Shown in pieces: positions 1 to 9,489 of a stretch of DNA of 64,000 nt (positions are counted from its first letter, which is position 1; each line of letters opens with the position of its first letter). The stretch comes from Candidatus Rokuibacteriota bacterium (GTDB taxonomy: Bacteria > Methylomirabilota > Methylomirabilia > Rokubacteriales > CSP1-6): assembly GCA_003220435.1 (NCBI GenBank), contig QHSL01000070.1, forward strand, positions 5,511 through 69,510. Direction: 5' to 3'. Position numbers and translations under genes: made by a program. The notes below the pieces were generated by a model. The model had not been told where the DNA came from. It saw only the letters and a program-made list of their open reading frames with translations, and ran no database searches.

Positions 1-107
1 CACCCGTTTGGCCGGGACACCTTGCGCGACGAGGGCCGCCGCGAAGAGCTCGGGGCCGGCGACCACGGCCACGAGCGGATCGCGGAGGAGATCAGGCCCA
101 GGCGCCA

Positions 108-1589
108 TCACGCGTCTCGGGCGATCGCGCGCGCCGTCTCGGCGGCGCGCCGGTTGCTCGCGCACACGAGGGCGCCGAGATCACGCAGCGTCTTCTCTTG
201 CCGTCCGAGGCCTTGCGGGTCGTCGTCGGTCCCGACGACGTGCGCGACGACGCTGAGCGCCCGGCCTCCGCGCTGCGCACGCTCGCGCGCCTCCGCGAGC
301 GCCGATCCGACCGCGGCGGCGGGATCGGGGTGGGCGCAGTCGCCCAGAATCAGGTCCAGGAGCAACACCGACACGGTCGGATCGTCGCCCGCCTCGACGA
401 TCGCGGCGTTGCGGCGACTCGGATCGATGATCGGGTGCGGCCGCCCGCGCGTGAACTCCTCGGCGCCGAAGTCCACGAAGTCGTGTGGGGACCCGCCGAC
501 GATGCGGCGCGCCTCGTCGCAGAGCGTGCCGCCCGCGTAGAGGCCGCGCACCGCGCCGCGCGTGCCGCCCCTCGCGACCGGCGCCGGGCCATCGAGGTCG
601 ACGACCGCGCCGCCCGCGAGCATCACCGCGGCGGCGGCCGCTTCCTCGAGCGTCGTCACCGCGCGGACGCCGCCCGGCACCGCTCCGTCGTAACCGAGCA
701 GGCAAGCCACCACAGGCTTCTTCGTCTCGACCGCGGCCCTGAGCACGATGTCGGCGACGGCAGGCGACGCGGGCTTGGAGACGATCAGCACCGCGCGCGT
801 GGACTCGTCGGCGGCGAGCCGCTCGAGGGACTGGAGCGTGGTGGCGCCGCCGACGGCGGCCTGGAGGTCGCGGCCGCCGGTGCCGATCGCGTGGGAGACG
901 CCGGCGCCGAGGCGATGGATGAGGCACGTCACTTCCTGGATACCGGTGCCGGAGGCGCCGACGATCCCGATCGATCCGCGGCGCACGCGGTTCGCGAACC
1001 CCAGGCCCACGCCGTTGATGATCGCGGTGCCGCACTCGGGTCCCATGACCAGCAGGCCGCGCTCGTGTGCGCGGTGTTTCAGCGCGACCTCATCGTCGAG
1101 CGACACGCCGTCGCTGAAGAGGAACACGTGGAGGCCGCTCGACAGCGCCTGATGGGCGTCGAGGACCGCGTAGGCGCCGGGCACCGCGATCAGCGCCACG
1201 TTCGCCGACCCGCCACGGGCGGCGGAGGCGGTCGTGCGCGGCGGCGCCGCCACCCATCCGGCTGCCCCCGTGTCGCGGCCGGCGCTCAGCAGCTCCTCCA
1301 CGCACGCCAGCGCGCGGTGAGCCACCGCCTCGCTGCTCGCTCTCACCGCCACGAGCAGATCGGAGGACTCGCCCGCCGGCGCCTCCGCCGGCCACATCGC
1401 CGCCTGCGCCAGCATCGAGCGGCCGGTCGCCGTTCCCATCACGACGGCGACTTCGGTTACGCCCGCCAGCTGGCGGGCCTGCTCGGCGACACGCATGAGG
1501 TCGATCGAATCGAAGTACGAGTTCGGTCTGACTTTCCAGGATAGGTGCACGCTCGGTCCCCCGCTCGCCGCCGTCGTCGATCGTCGCAT
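108..1589 (-). CDS. FdrA-like protein (CoA-binding, acyl-CoA synthetase / succinyl-CoA synthetase alpha-like fold). Start uncertain: the ORF extends to 1706, and an internal Met at 1589 aligns better with FdrA N-termini.
   Basis: 532-aa ORF in the track. The motifs VAVVMGTATG, HVFLFSDGVSLDDE and LLVMGPECGTAIINGVGLGFAN resemble FdrA/YcdF-type proteins as I recall them. Stop at 108-110. Confidence 0.55.
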   Translation of the reverse strand: MRRSTTAASGGPSVHLSWKVRPNSYFDSIDLMRVAEQARQLAGVTEVAVVMGTATGRSMLAQAAMWPAEAPAGESSDLLVAVRASSEAVAHRALACVEELLSAGRDTGAAGWVAAPPRTTASAARGGSANVALIAVPGAYAVLDAHQALSSGLHVFLFSDGVSLDDEVALKHRAHERGLLVMGPECGTAIINGVGLGFANRVRRGSIGIVGASGTGIQEVTCLIHRLGAGVSHAIGTGGRDLQAAVGGATTLQSLERLAADESTRAVLIVSKPASPAVADIVLRAAVETKKPVVACLLGYDGAVPGGVRAVTTLEEAAAAAVMLAGGAVVDLDGPAPVARGGTRGAVRGLYAGGTLCDEARRIVGGSPHDFVDFGAEEFTRGRPHPIIDPSRRNAAIVEAGDDPTVSVLLLDLILGDCAHPDPAAAVGSALAEARERAQRGGRALSVVAHVVGTDDDPQGLGRQEKTLRDLGALVCASNRRAAETARAIARDA

Positions 1590-1656
1590 TATAGCCAGTC
1601 GGCGATCGATAAACGGGCGGGAGTGTTCGGCGCCCTTGCTACCATCGACGAACAGG

Positions 1657-2712
1657 ATGCCCGACGCGAGCCCGCCCCTGGTCAGCATCTGCGTTCCCAC
1701 TCGCAACGGGGCGCGCTATCTCCGGGAATGTCTCGAGAGCGCGCTCGCCCAGACCTTCGGGCAATTCGAGCTCCTGGTCGTGGACGACGCCTCGAGTGAC
1801 ACCACCGTCGCCGTCGCCACCGATTTCGCGCGCTCCGATGCGCGCGTCCGCGTCCATGAAAATCCCCAACGTCTCGGGCTCGTCGGCAACTGGAACCGGT
1901 GCGTCGAGCTGGCGCGTGGTGAATGGCTCAAGTTCTTGTTCCAGGACGATTGGCTGGATCGCCACTGTCTCACGCGCCTGCTGGATGCCCCCGTGCCCGG
2001 CGTTCTCCTCGTCGCGTGTCGTCGGGCGTCCTGGTTCGACTCGACGGTGCGCCCCCAATTGAGGGGCGACTACGAGCGGTACGTGGCGGAGCACAATCTG
2101 CCCCGGCGATTCCCGGGCCGGTCCATCATCGAGGCCGAGGCGTTCGCGGAGCACATGGTCGATTTTCCCCTCGACAACTGCATCGGTGAGCCCACCGCGA
2201 CCTTGATCCACGCCGACGCGTTCCGACGGTACGGGCTGTTTCACCCGCACCTCGTACAGCTGGGGGATTGGGAGCACGCGGCGCGCGTCGCGCTCCAGAA
2301 CGGCCTTTGCTACGTCGACGCTCCTCTGGTAACGTTCAGGCTGCATGGCGCATCGACCACGGCGGTCAGCTGGTCGGCGCGCAGCTACCGAAGAGACGTG
2401 ATCGATCCGCTCTTGATCCTTCATGAGGTCGTCTACGCGCCGACCTATCGGTCAGTCCGTGACGCTGCGGCGCGCCGCACGCCGCCGATCGAGTTGTCGC
2501 AGCGCCTGCACGAGGCGGTCGATCGCGCCCACGGCCGGGCGCGCGACGGTCGGGACCTCGCCGAATGGCGAGACGCCGTTCGAAATTATCCGCGGCTCCT
2601 GTCGGGGCCGCCCACGCACCGGCTCCGACGCTGGCTCAAACGCTCGGCTCCGACGTCGCTCCTGTCCCTGGGGCGGCGCGTACGGAAGCTCCGTCCGCGT
2701 CATCCCGACTGA
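1657..2712 (+). CDS. Glycosyltransferase family 2.
   Basis: Translation from ATG 1657 begins PLVSICVPTRNGARYLRECLESALAQTFGQFELLVVDDASSD, a typical GT2 N-terminus with a DxD region. TGA at 2710-2712. Divergent from the FdrA-like gene. Confidence 0.75.
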   Translation: MPDASPPLVSICVPTRNGARYLRECLESALAQTFGQFELLVVDDASSDTTVAVATDFARSDARVRVHENPQRLGLVGNWNRCVELARGEWLKFLFQDDWLDRHCLTRLLDAPVPGVLLVACRRASWFDSTVRPQLRGDYERYVAEHNLPRRFPGRSIIEAEAFAEHMVDFPLDNCIGEPTATLIHADAFRRYGLFHPHLVQLGDWEHAARVALQNGLCYVDAPLVTFRLHGASTTAVSWSARSYRRDVIDPLLILHEVVYAPTYRSVRDAAARRTPPIELSQRLHEAVDRAHGRARDGRDLAEWRDAVRNYPRLLSGPPTHRLRRWLKRSAPTSLLSLGRRVRKLRPRHPD

Positions 2713-2732
2713 GCGACGAGGCTGGACGGCCC

Positions 2733-4121
2733 GTGCTCTTCAATAGCCTGCGGTTCCTCTATGTCTTCCTCCCCATCACCTATGCAGGCTTCTGGCTGCT
2801 GCATCGCAAGACGCATCGCTACTTCTGGCTGGCGCTGACGGGATACCTCTTCTACGCTTCCTGGAACTACAAGTTCTGCGCCTTGATGGCGTTCTCCACC
2901 GCCGTCGCCTATCTGGCCGGCCACGGGCTGCTTCGATGGCAGGGCCCGCGTCTGCGCCTCCTGTGTCTCGTCGTGCCGGTCACGGCGGATCTGGCGCTCC
3001 TCGGGTTCTTCAAGTACTGGAATTTCGCGGTCGACAACGCCAACCACGCCACGGCGTGGCTGGGGATTCCCGCCGCGCTGCCCCTGTTCGACATCGTCTT
3101 GCCGGTCGGCATCTCCTTCTACACGTTTCACACCGTCACCTATATCGTCGACAGCTACCGGGGCCTGATCAAGCCGACCCGCAACGTCTTCGAGTTCGCC
3201 TGCTACGTCTCCCTGTTCGCTCAGCTGGTGGCCGGCCCGATCGTCCGATTCCGGCAGATCGAAGGGGACCTCGATCGCATCGACCGCGTCGATCGACGGA
3301 ACGCGCTGAACGTCGCGTGGTCGTTCTTCGCGATCGGGCTGGCCAAGAAGGTCCTGCTCGCCGACTCGATCGCCGCGATCGTCAATCCGGCGTTCCTCCG
3401 ATACGAGGACCTCGGGACCCTCGGCACGTGGGCGTGCATGCTCGGCTACACCTATCAGCTCTATTTCGATTTCTCGGGGTACAGCGACATGGCGGTCGGC
3501 CTCGGATACCTCTTCGGCCTGCGGCTGCCCCAAAACTTCAACTCGCCGTACAAGGCGCTCGACCCCGCTGACTTCTGGCGTCGCTGGCACATCTCGCTTT
3601 CGTCGTTCCTCCGGGACTACGTCTACATCCCGCTCGGCGGCAGCCGGTGCTCGCCCCTGGCCGCCAACCGCAACTTGCTCGTGACGATGCTGTTGGGTGG
3701 CCTGTGGCACGGCGCCAACTGGACGTTCGTCGTGTGGGGCGGTTATCACGGGGTCCTGCTGGTCCTCCATCGCCTCGTGCACGAGCCCTGGGACAGGCTC
3801 TCGCCCTTCGCCAGACGACTGACGACGTTCGTCCTGGTCGTCGTGGGCCTGGTCTTCTTTCGCGCCGGCGACTTCACGATGGCCGCGACGATGTTGCAGC
3901 GCATGTTCGTCTGGCACTCCGGGGCCGCGCCGGTCGGTGGCGAGACACTCGTCGTTCTCCTCGGCGTCGCGGCCGTGCTGGCCCACGTCGGCCCGAACAC
4001 GTTCGAGCTCGATCACGCGTGGTCGGCCCCCGCCGTCGCGGGGCTGGCCCTCTTGTTCGTGCTGTGTCTGGTCTCGATTGCCGGCTTCGAGGTCTCGCCG
4101 TTCCTCTACTTCCAGTTCTGA
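2733..4121 (+). CDS. MBOAT-family membrane-bound O-acyltransferase (AlgI/DltB-like polysaccharide O-acetyltransferase). A GTG start is proposed at 2733; the long ORF 2565-4121 overlaps the upstream gene.
   Basis: Multi-pass hydrophobic protein with MBOAT hallmarks (FYTFHTVTYIVDSYRG, LGGLWHGANWTFVVWG; conserved His). A GAGG lies 14 bp upstream of GTG 2733. Confidence 0.8.
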   Translation: MLFNSLRFLYVFLPITYAGFWLLHRKTHRYFWLALTGYLFYASWNYKFCALMAFSTAVAYLAGHGLLRWQGPRLRLLCLVVPVTADLALLGFFKYWNFAVDNANHATAWLGIPAALPLFDIVLPVGISFYTFHTVTYIVDSYRGLIKPTRNVFEFACYVSLFAQLVAGPIVRFRQIEGDLDRIDRVDRRNALNVAWSFFAIGLAKKVLLADSIAAIVNPAFLRYEDLGTLGTWACMLGYTYQLYFDFSGYSDMAVGLGYLFGLRLPQNFNSPYKALDPADFWRRWHISLSSFLRDYVYIPLGGSRCSPLAANRNLLVTMLLGGLWHGANWTFVVWGGYHGVLLVLHRLVHEPWDRLSPFARRLTTFVLVVVGLVFFRAGDFTMAATMLQRMFVWHSGAAPVGGETLVVLLGVAAVLAHVGPNTFELDHAWSAPAVAGLALLFVLCLVSIAGFEVSPFLYFQF

Positions 4122-4168
4122 GAGCTATTTCCCCTTCCCAGCGCACGGCCGTATGAGATAAAAGACGC

Positions 4169-5299
4169 ATGCGCTCGCGTCTCGCGGTCGGTTATCTCCT
4201 GCCGCGAATCCTCCTCGTGACCCTGATGATCGACGGCGGTCTTCGCTTTCTGCCGACGCGTCTGTTCACGTTCCGTCCCGAGATGCGATACCGGCTGCCC
4301 GGTGAGGCCTACGAAAGGAATGCGCACACCGTCAACGCCGTCGCCTACGGTGACCTGGCGGGGCTCGGCAATCTGCGCGACTTTCGGCAGTATCGCCCGG
4401 ACACGATGACCACCGATGGCTGGGGATTCCGCAATCTGCCATACCCCGGGCCGTTCTGCGCGATCCTGATCGGCGATTCGTTCGCGATCGGCGGCGTCGG
4501 TGTCGGCGACCGTGAAACGCTCTCGGCCCGGCTCCAGGAATTGTGGGACTGCGGCGTCTACAACGCCGCCGGCGCCACCGATCCGGCCCTGCAGGCGCCC
4601 CATGCGCAACGGGTCGCCTCGATGGCGCGGCGACTCGGTCTCGGCAAGGGTTTGGTGCTTGCGGAATTCGTGGAGCGGCTCCCGACGCCCACGATCCCAC
4701 CCCTCCCGCCGGCGTCCGCGGACGACGAGTCGAGCCCGCCGCCGCTCGCGCGTCGGCTCATGACGCTCGGGATGGGCTGGGCGAGCTTCTCCCCAGGGAA
4801 AATTCTGGCCCAGCGCGTGGGCAGCCGCCTCGAGAACGACACGGTGCTGCCGAACCGACACGCCAGGCGGGTGCCGCGAGCCACCCTCCGCGACGGGCAC
4901 TGGATGCTCTTCTTCGACGAAGAGATGGAGACGTACACGCCGGAGCGGCGCGTCTCGGCCGAGTATTGGATCTGGCTACGGCGGCAACTCGCGGAGGTGG
5001 ATCTGGAGCTCCTGGTCGTCCTGGTGCCGAACAAGTACACCGTCTACCACGATCTCCTCCGTGACGAGCCGCCGCAGGCGGTCGAGCCGGGAGAATCGCT
5101 CACGCGCCTGACGGCGCAATTGCGCGACGCCGGCGTCCCGGTGGTGAACGTCACCAGCGTCCTTCGCGCGGGCGCCGCGAGCGCCGTGGCCGAGGGGATC
5201 CACCTGTACTTTCAGGACGACACCCACTGGAACGCCCACGGCATCGACGTCGCCGCCCGCGCGGTGGCTCGTGCATGGCGCGAGGTTCTCGGGCCGTGA
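4169..5299 (+). CDS. AlgJ/AlgX-like SGNH-fold protein, the probable periplasmic partner of the MBOAT for polysaccharide O-acetylation.
   Basis: N-terminal TM anchor (LLPRILLVTLMIDGGL). GDSF block (ILIGDSFAIGG) and a C-terminal DTHWN motif (YFQDDTHWNAHG) typical of AlgJ/AlgX-type SGNH proteins. Directly downstream of the MBOAT gene. Confidence 0.7.
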   Translation: MRSRLAVGYLLPRILLVTLMIDGGLRFLPTRLFTFRPEMRYRLPGEAYERNAHTVNAVAYGDLAGLGNLRDFRQYRPDTMTTDGWGFRNLPYPGPFCAILIGDSFAIGGVGVGDRETLSARLQELWDCGVYNAAGATDPALQAPHAQRVASMARRLGLGKGLVLAEFVERLPTPTIPPLPPASADDESSPPPLARRLMTLGMGWASFSPGKILAQRVGSRLENDTVLPNRHARRVPRATLRDGHWMLFFDEEMETYTPERRVSAEYWIWLRRQLAEVDLELLVVLVPNKYTVYHDLLRDEPPQAVEPGESLTRLTAQLRDAGVPVVNVTSVLRAGAASAVAEGIHLYFQDDTHWNAHGIDVAARAVARAWREVLGP

Positions 5300-6291
5300 A
5301 CGCCACCCGACCCCAGGAAGTCCCGCCCAAAGTCAGCGTCGTGATGCTCACCTACCGGCACGAGAAGTTCATCACGCAGGCGATCGAGAGCGTCCTGATG
5401 CAGAAAACCGATTTCCCGTTCGAGCTGCTGATCGGTGAGGACAAGTCGCCCGACGCGACCCGTCGCATCGTCGAGGCATACGAGCGCCGTCACCCCGGCA
5501 AGATTCGACTGCTGGCGCGCGAGCAGAACCTGGGCATGATGCGCAACTTCGTCGACACGTATCTGCGCTGCCGCGGAACCTACGTCGCGCTCCTGGAAGG
5601 GGACGACTACTGGACCTGCGCGCAGAAGCTCCAGCTGCAGGCCGACGCGCTCGACGCCCACCCGGACTGGGTCATCTGCTTCCACACCGTGCGATTCGTG
5701 ACCGACGACGGCAGCCGGCCGTCGTATCTCTTCCCGAGCGGCCGGCCGGAAGTGTCTACGCTCGACGACCTCATGGAACAGAATTTCATGCAGACGTGCT
5801 CCCTCATGTTCCGCAACGGCGTCGTCCGGTCCTTTCCGGACTGGTACTTCTCACTGCCGGTCGGCGACTGGCCGCTCTCCATCATGTTGGCGCAGCACGG
5901 CCGGGTGGGCTACCTCGATCGGGTCATGGCCGACTATCGCATCCATCCCGGCGGCGTGTGGGCGGGCCGGGATCCCCGCTTCCAGCTCGAGCAGAGCTTG
6001 AGAATGCTGGGGCAAGTCCGCCAGATCCTGGATCCGGAGCGGGCCGCGCGGCTTGCCGCACGCATTGCGCGCGGCTACGTCGAGCTCGCCGGCCTCCACG
6101 CGGACGCCGGCGACCCGTCGAAGGCCCGCGCCGCGTTGTGGGGCCAGCGGCGCTTCGCGTCCGCGCTGCGCCGCGGGTTCCCGCACAAGCACGCCCTGCG
6201 GGAGGTGCTGCGGATCGAGGCCCCGATCATCCTCCGGGCACTCCAGTGGCTCCGGCGCCTCTCCCGTTCGCGCCGCGCGCGGAACCTTTGA
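5275..6291 (+). CDS. Glycosyltransferase family 2.
   Basis: KVSVVMLTYRHEKFITQAIESVLMQKTDFPFELLIGEDKSPD plus an EGDDYW (DxD-like) motif. Overlaps the AlgJ-like stop (alternative GTG start at 5296, 1 bp before that TGA). TGA at 6289-6291. Confidence 0.8.
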   Translation: MARGSRAVNATRPQEVPPKVSVVMLTYRHEKFITQAIESVLMQKTDFPFELLIGEDKSPDATRRIVEAYERRHPGKIRLLAREQNLGMMRNFVDTYLRCRGTYVALLEGDDYWTCAQKLQLQADALDAHPDWVICFHTVRFVTDDGSRPSYLFPSGRPEVSTLDDLMEQNFMQTCSLMFRNGVVRSFPDWYFSLPVGDWPLSIMLAQHGRVGYLDRVMADYRIHPGGVWAGRDPRFQLEQSLRMLGQVRQILDPERAARLAARIARGYVELAGLHADAGDPSKARAALWGQRRFASALRRGFPHKHALREVLRIEAPIILRALQWLRRLSRSRRARNL

Positions 6292-6308
6292 TCGCCGGCG
6301 GCGCCGGA

Positions 6309-7544
6309 CTACGGGTCCGGCATCGCCGCGCCCGGTCGCTCGCTCGCGCCCCTCTCGGCAAGCACCTGGCGCACGGCGGCGGCGCGGGCCAGGGCGGAGC
6401 GGATGATTCCGCAGACCGTTCCGACGATTTCCGGCGTAATGGCCTGGCCGGTGGGAAGCAGCAAGACGCGCGGCGCGACCCGTTCGGTGTGAGGCAGCAG
6501 CAACCCGGCGTTGGGCTGGAGTGACCGATAGGGCTCCATGCGGTGGCAGCCGGGCCAGAAGTACTTCCGGGCCAGCACGTTGTCCGCGTGCAACACCAAA
6601 ACCAGCTCGTCTCGACTCAGGGCCGCGACGTCCGGGTCCACCTCCACGACGACGTACTGATAGTTGTGGCGCTCGGCGTGGTCGTAGCCGATGAGGGAGA
6701 TGCCCGGCAGTCCCCACAACTCGGCCCGGTAGGCGTCGTAGTTCCGGCGGTTCACGCCGACCAGTTCGTCGATCGCGTCGAGGGACGTGAGGCCCATCGC
6801 CGCGCAGATCTCCGTCATCTTGCCGTTGGTGCCCAGGTAGATGACGCGATCGTAGCCGGCGAAGCCGAAGTTGCGCATGAGCCGCAGCTTGACCGCCAGC
6901 GCATCATCGCTGGTCACGACGGCGCCACCCTCGAAGCTGTTGAGGAACTTGGTCGCGTGGAAGCTGAACACCTCGCACGCGCCGAATCCGCCGATCATCC
7001 GGCCACGGTGAGAGCACCCCAGGGCGTGCGCCGCGTCGTACATCACGCGGAGACCCCGGCGGTCGGCGATCGCTTCGATGGCGGCGGTATCGCAGGGCCG
7101 GCCCCAGACGTGAACGCCGATCACGCCGGTCGTGCGCGGCGTGATGAGGCGCTCGATCGCGCCGGGGTCGATGGTGTGCGTGCGTGGATCGATGTCGGCG
7201 AACACCGGGGTGATCTCCTGCCGCTGCAGCGCGTGCGCCGTGGCCACGAACGTGTACGAGGGAACGATGACCTCGCCCCGCAGCTCCAGCGCCCGGATAG
7301 CGATCTCGAGGGCGACCGTCGCATTGCACATCGCGACACAGTGCTTGACGTCGGCAAGGTCGGCGATCCTCCGCTCGAGCTCCTTCACCAGCGGCCCGTC
7401 GTTCGTCAGCCATCGCCGGTCCAGCAGATCGCCGACGAGGGCGAGAAACTTCGCGCGATCTCCGATGTTCGGGCGCCCGACGTGGAGGTGCTCGGCGAAG
7501 GCTGGGACCCCGTCGAGAAGCGCAATCTGCTGATCTCGTCTCAT
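6309..7544 (-). CDS. DegT/DnrJ/EryC1/StrS-family PLP-dependent sugar aminotransferase.
   Basis: 411-aa ORF with a lysine-containing segment (SFHATKFLNSFEGGAVV) and the overall pattern of WecE/PglE-like nucleotide-sugar aminotransferases. Its start overlaps the upstream acetyltransferase stop (ATGA). Confidence 0.85.
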   Translation of the reverse strand: MRRDQQIALLDGVPAFAEHLHVGRPNIGDRAKFLALVGDLLDRRWLTNDGPLVKELERRIADLADVKHCVAMCNATVALEIAIRALELRGEVIVPSYTFVATAHALQRQEITPVFADIDPRTHTIDPGAIERLITPRTTGVIGVHVWGRPCDTAAIEAIADRRGLRVMYDAAHALGCSHRGRMIGGFGACEVFSFHATKFLNSFEGGAVVTSDDALAVKLRLMRNFGFAGYDRVIYLGTNGKMTEICAAMGLTSLDAIDELVGVNRRNYDAYRAELWGLPGISLIGYDHAERHNYQYVVVEVDPDVAALSRDELVLVLHADNVLARKYFWPGCHRMEPYRSLQPNAGLLLPHTERVAPRVLLLPTGQAITPEIVGTVCGIIRSALARAAAVRQVLAERGASERPGAAMPDP

Positions 7545-8152
7545 TCCTGGCCGACCTCGCGCAGCGCCTTGGGTATATAGCGACCCGACGCGTCGAACAG
7601 ATCACGGCGAAGCTGCGCCTCGAGCTCCAGGATCCGCTCTCGCGGCCGTTCCTTGAGCGGCCTCGCCGGCGAGCCCCCGTGGATCGTCCACGGCGCGCAG
7701 TCCCTGTTGACGAGTGAATTCGCCCCGATGGCCGCGCCCTCGCCGATCTCCACGCCGGGCAGGACCACCGAGTTCGCGCCGATGACCGCGTGTCGGCGGA
7801 TTCGCACGAACGAGCGGATCGCCACACGATAGGGCGCCGGCACCGTAGGGCCGGTGAGACACCCGCCCAGATAGTCGTCGTTGCCGGTGTAGACCCGCGC
7901 CCCGCCCGAGATCCCGACGAAGTCCTCCACGAAGAGCTCGCCGCCGCCGGCGATCGCCGCGTGGGCGGCGATGTGGACGAAGCTCCCGAGGGCAGTCAGA
8001 CGCCCACCCGAAAGAAACACGAAGTCATCGACGATCACCGAGTCACCGATCGAGATCACCTCGGGCCCGACGATCTTGGCGAGCGGCCAGATCATGACGT
8101 CCTGGCCGACGCGCGCGAAGGGCAGCGAATACGCCTGGCTGCGATCGCTCAT
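7541..8152 (-). CDS. Hexapeptide-repeat (left-handed beta-helix) sugar N-acetyltransferase (PglD/WbbJ-like).
   Basis: Repeated [LIV]G-x-x-x-x hexapeptide pattern (IGDSVIVDDFVFLSGG, IGANSVVLPGVEIGEGAAIGANSLV). Immediately upstream of the DegT gene; the classic aminotransferase plus N-acetyltransferase pair. Confidence 0.8.
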   Translation of the reverse strand: MSDRSQAYSLPFARVGQDVMIWPLAKIVGPEVISIGDSVIVDDFVFLSGGRLTALGSFVHIAAHAAIAGGGELFVEDFVGISGGARVYTGNDDYLGGCLTGPTVPAPYRVAIRSFVRIRRHAVIGANSVVLPGVEIGEGAAIGANSLVNRDCAPWTIHGGSPARPLKERPRERILELEAQLRRDLFDASGRYIPKALREVGQE

Positions 8153-8225
8153 CCGGGCCTCCGTGAGAACATCGGCTCCGGACCGTCCGGGGCCGCGTCG
8201 ACGGCGCGCGGTCGTTCCCGCGCGC

Positions 8226-9476
8226 TCAGAGAGGGGCGACGGTCCATGGCAATGGGGGCTGAACGACCCCGGGCTCCCGGCCCACCCAGGCCCGCGCGCG
8301 CGGCGCGGCGTCGACCACGGTGAATGACGCGATCGAGCCGTTCTCGTACACGACCTGGTTCTCGTTTTGAACGATCAAGAGTCGGAGGCTGTACGCTCCG
8401 CTGTTCAACAGGTTCGCCGGCAGCGAAAAGGAACCCCGATACAAGCCGGGCGGTCGCCGCTCGGGCGTACAGCCAGTGGTCAGCACGATGACCCCTTCGT
8501 CGTTCACCAGGACATAGGTGATGTGCAGGTGGAGCTCCGGCTTCAGCACCCAGAACTCGGTGGCCACCTCGATGGGACTGGTCATGGTGATCAAGCCGTC
8601 GGGGCGCCTCGCGGTGGATGCCACGCAGACCCGCCGGACCCGCAGCGCCTCGGTGCCCGGAGCCGCATCGGGCGCCGCCCAGTCGCTGGGCTGGTCGGAG
8701 CGGTACGCTTCGCGCAGGTAGTGGCTCACCACCGTCGAGGCCGGCCCTTCGGTCACGAGTCGGCCCTCCTGCAGCAGGATCGCGCGGTGGCAAAGACTCT
8801 GGACCGCCACCGTGTTGTGGCTCACGAACAGAACGGTCCGACCTCCGCGGGACACCTCGTTCATCTTACCCAGGCACTTCCGCTGAAACCGCGCATCGCC
8901 GACGGCCAGCACCTCGTCGACGACGAGGATCTCCGGCTCCAGATGGGCCGCAACGGCGAAGGCGAGACGGACGTACATGCCCGAGGAGTAACGCTTGACC
9001 GGCGTGTCGATAAACTCCTCGCACTCGGAAAACGCCACGATCTCGTCGAGCTTCCGCCGAATCTCCGACTTCGTCATCCCCAATATCGCGCCGTTGAGAA
9101 AGATGTTCTCCCGCCCGGTCAGCTCCGAGTGAAACCCGGTGCCGACCTCCAGCAGGCTCGCGACGCGCCCCCTCAGCGTGATCCGGCCGGACGTCGGCGC
9201 GGTCACCTGGGACAGGATCTTGAGCAACGTGCTCTTGCCCGCTCCGTTCCGACCGACGATGCCGAGCACCTCGCCCTCCCCGACGTCGAAGCTCACGTCG
9301 TGGAGCGCCCAGACGTGCTCGCCCATTCGGCGCGCGTGCTGCTCCTCGCCGATTCGGTAGGCCGGGTCCGGCCGTCCGCGCACCCTGGCCCACCACCGGT
9401 TGAGATCCTCGGCGAGCGTTCCGCTCCCGATCGTCCCGAGCCGGTAGGCCTTGCTGAGCCCTTCGACGGCGATCAT
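8226..9476 (-). CDS. wzt: Wzt: ABC transporter ATP-binding protein for polysaccharide export, with a C-terminal carbohydrate-binding extension.
   Basis: Walker A (GRNGAGKST), ABC signature (YSSGMYVRLAF) and Walker B (ILVVDE), followed by a ~150-aa non-ABC C-terminal domain as seen in O-antigen Wzt proteins. Confidence 0.9.
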   Translation of the reverse strand: MIAVEGLSKAYRLGTIGSGTLAEDLNRWWARVRGRPDPAYRIGEEQHARRMGEHVWALHDVSFDVGEGEVLGIVGRNGAGKSTLLKILSQVTAPTSGRITLRGRVASLLEVGTGFHSELTGRENIFLNGAILGMTKSEIRRKLDEIVAFSECEEFIDTPVKRYSSGMYVRLAFAVAAHLEPEILVVDEVLAVGDARFQRKCLGKMNEVSRGGRTVLFVSHNTVAVQSLCHRAILLQEGRLVTEGPASTVVSHYLREAYRSDQPSDWAAPDAAPGTEALRVRRVCVASTARRPDGLITMTSPIEVATEFWVLKPELHLHITYVLVNDEGVIVLTTGCTPERRPPGLYRGSFSLPANLLNSGAYSLRLLIVQNENQVVYENGSIASFTVVDAAPRARAWVGREPGVVQPPLPWTVAPL

Positions 9477-9489
9477 GCCGCGCCCGCCC

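Noticed and set aside
181-1544. Long ORFs in other frames and strands over the FdrA-like gene. Similar long alternate-frame ORFs occur throughout, for example 23211-25109(-), 25424-26818(-), 30978-33179(-), 36144-37661(-), 43906-45498(-), 45405-46907(-), 54902-56875(+) and 59939-61885(+).
   Set aside because: Arg/Pro/Gly-rich low-complexity translations typical of stop-codon-poor alternate frames in GC-rich DNA. Each overlaps a gene with clear family motifs on the other frame or strand.
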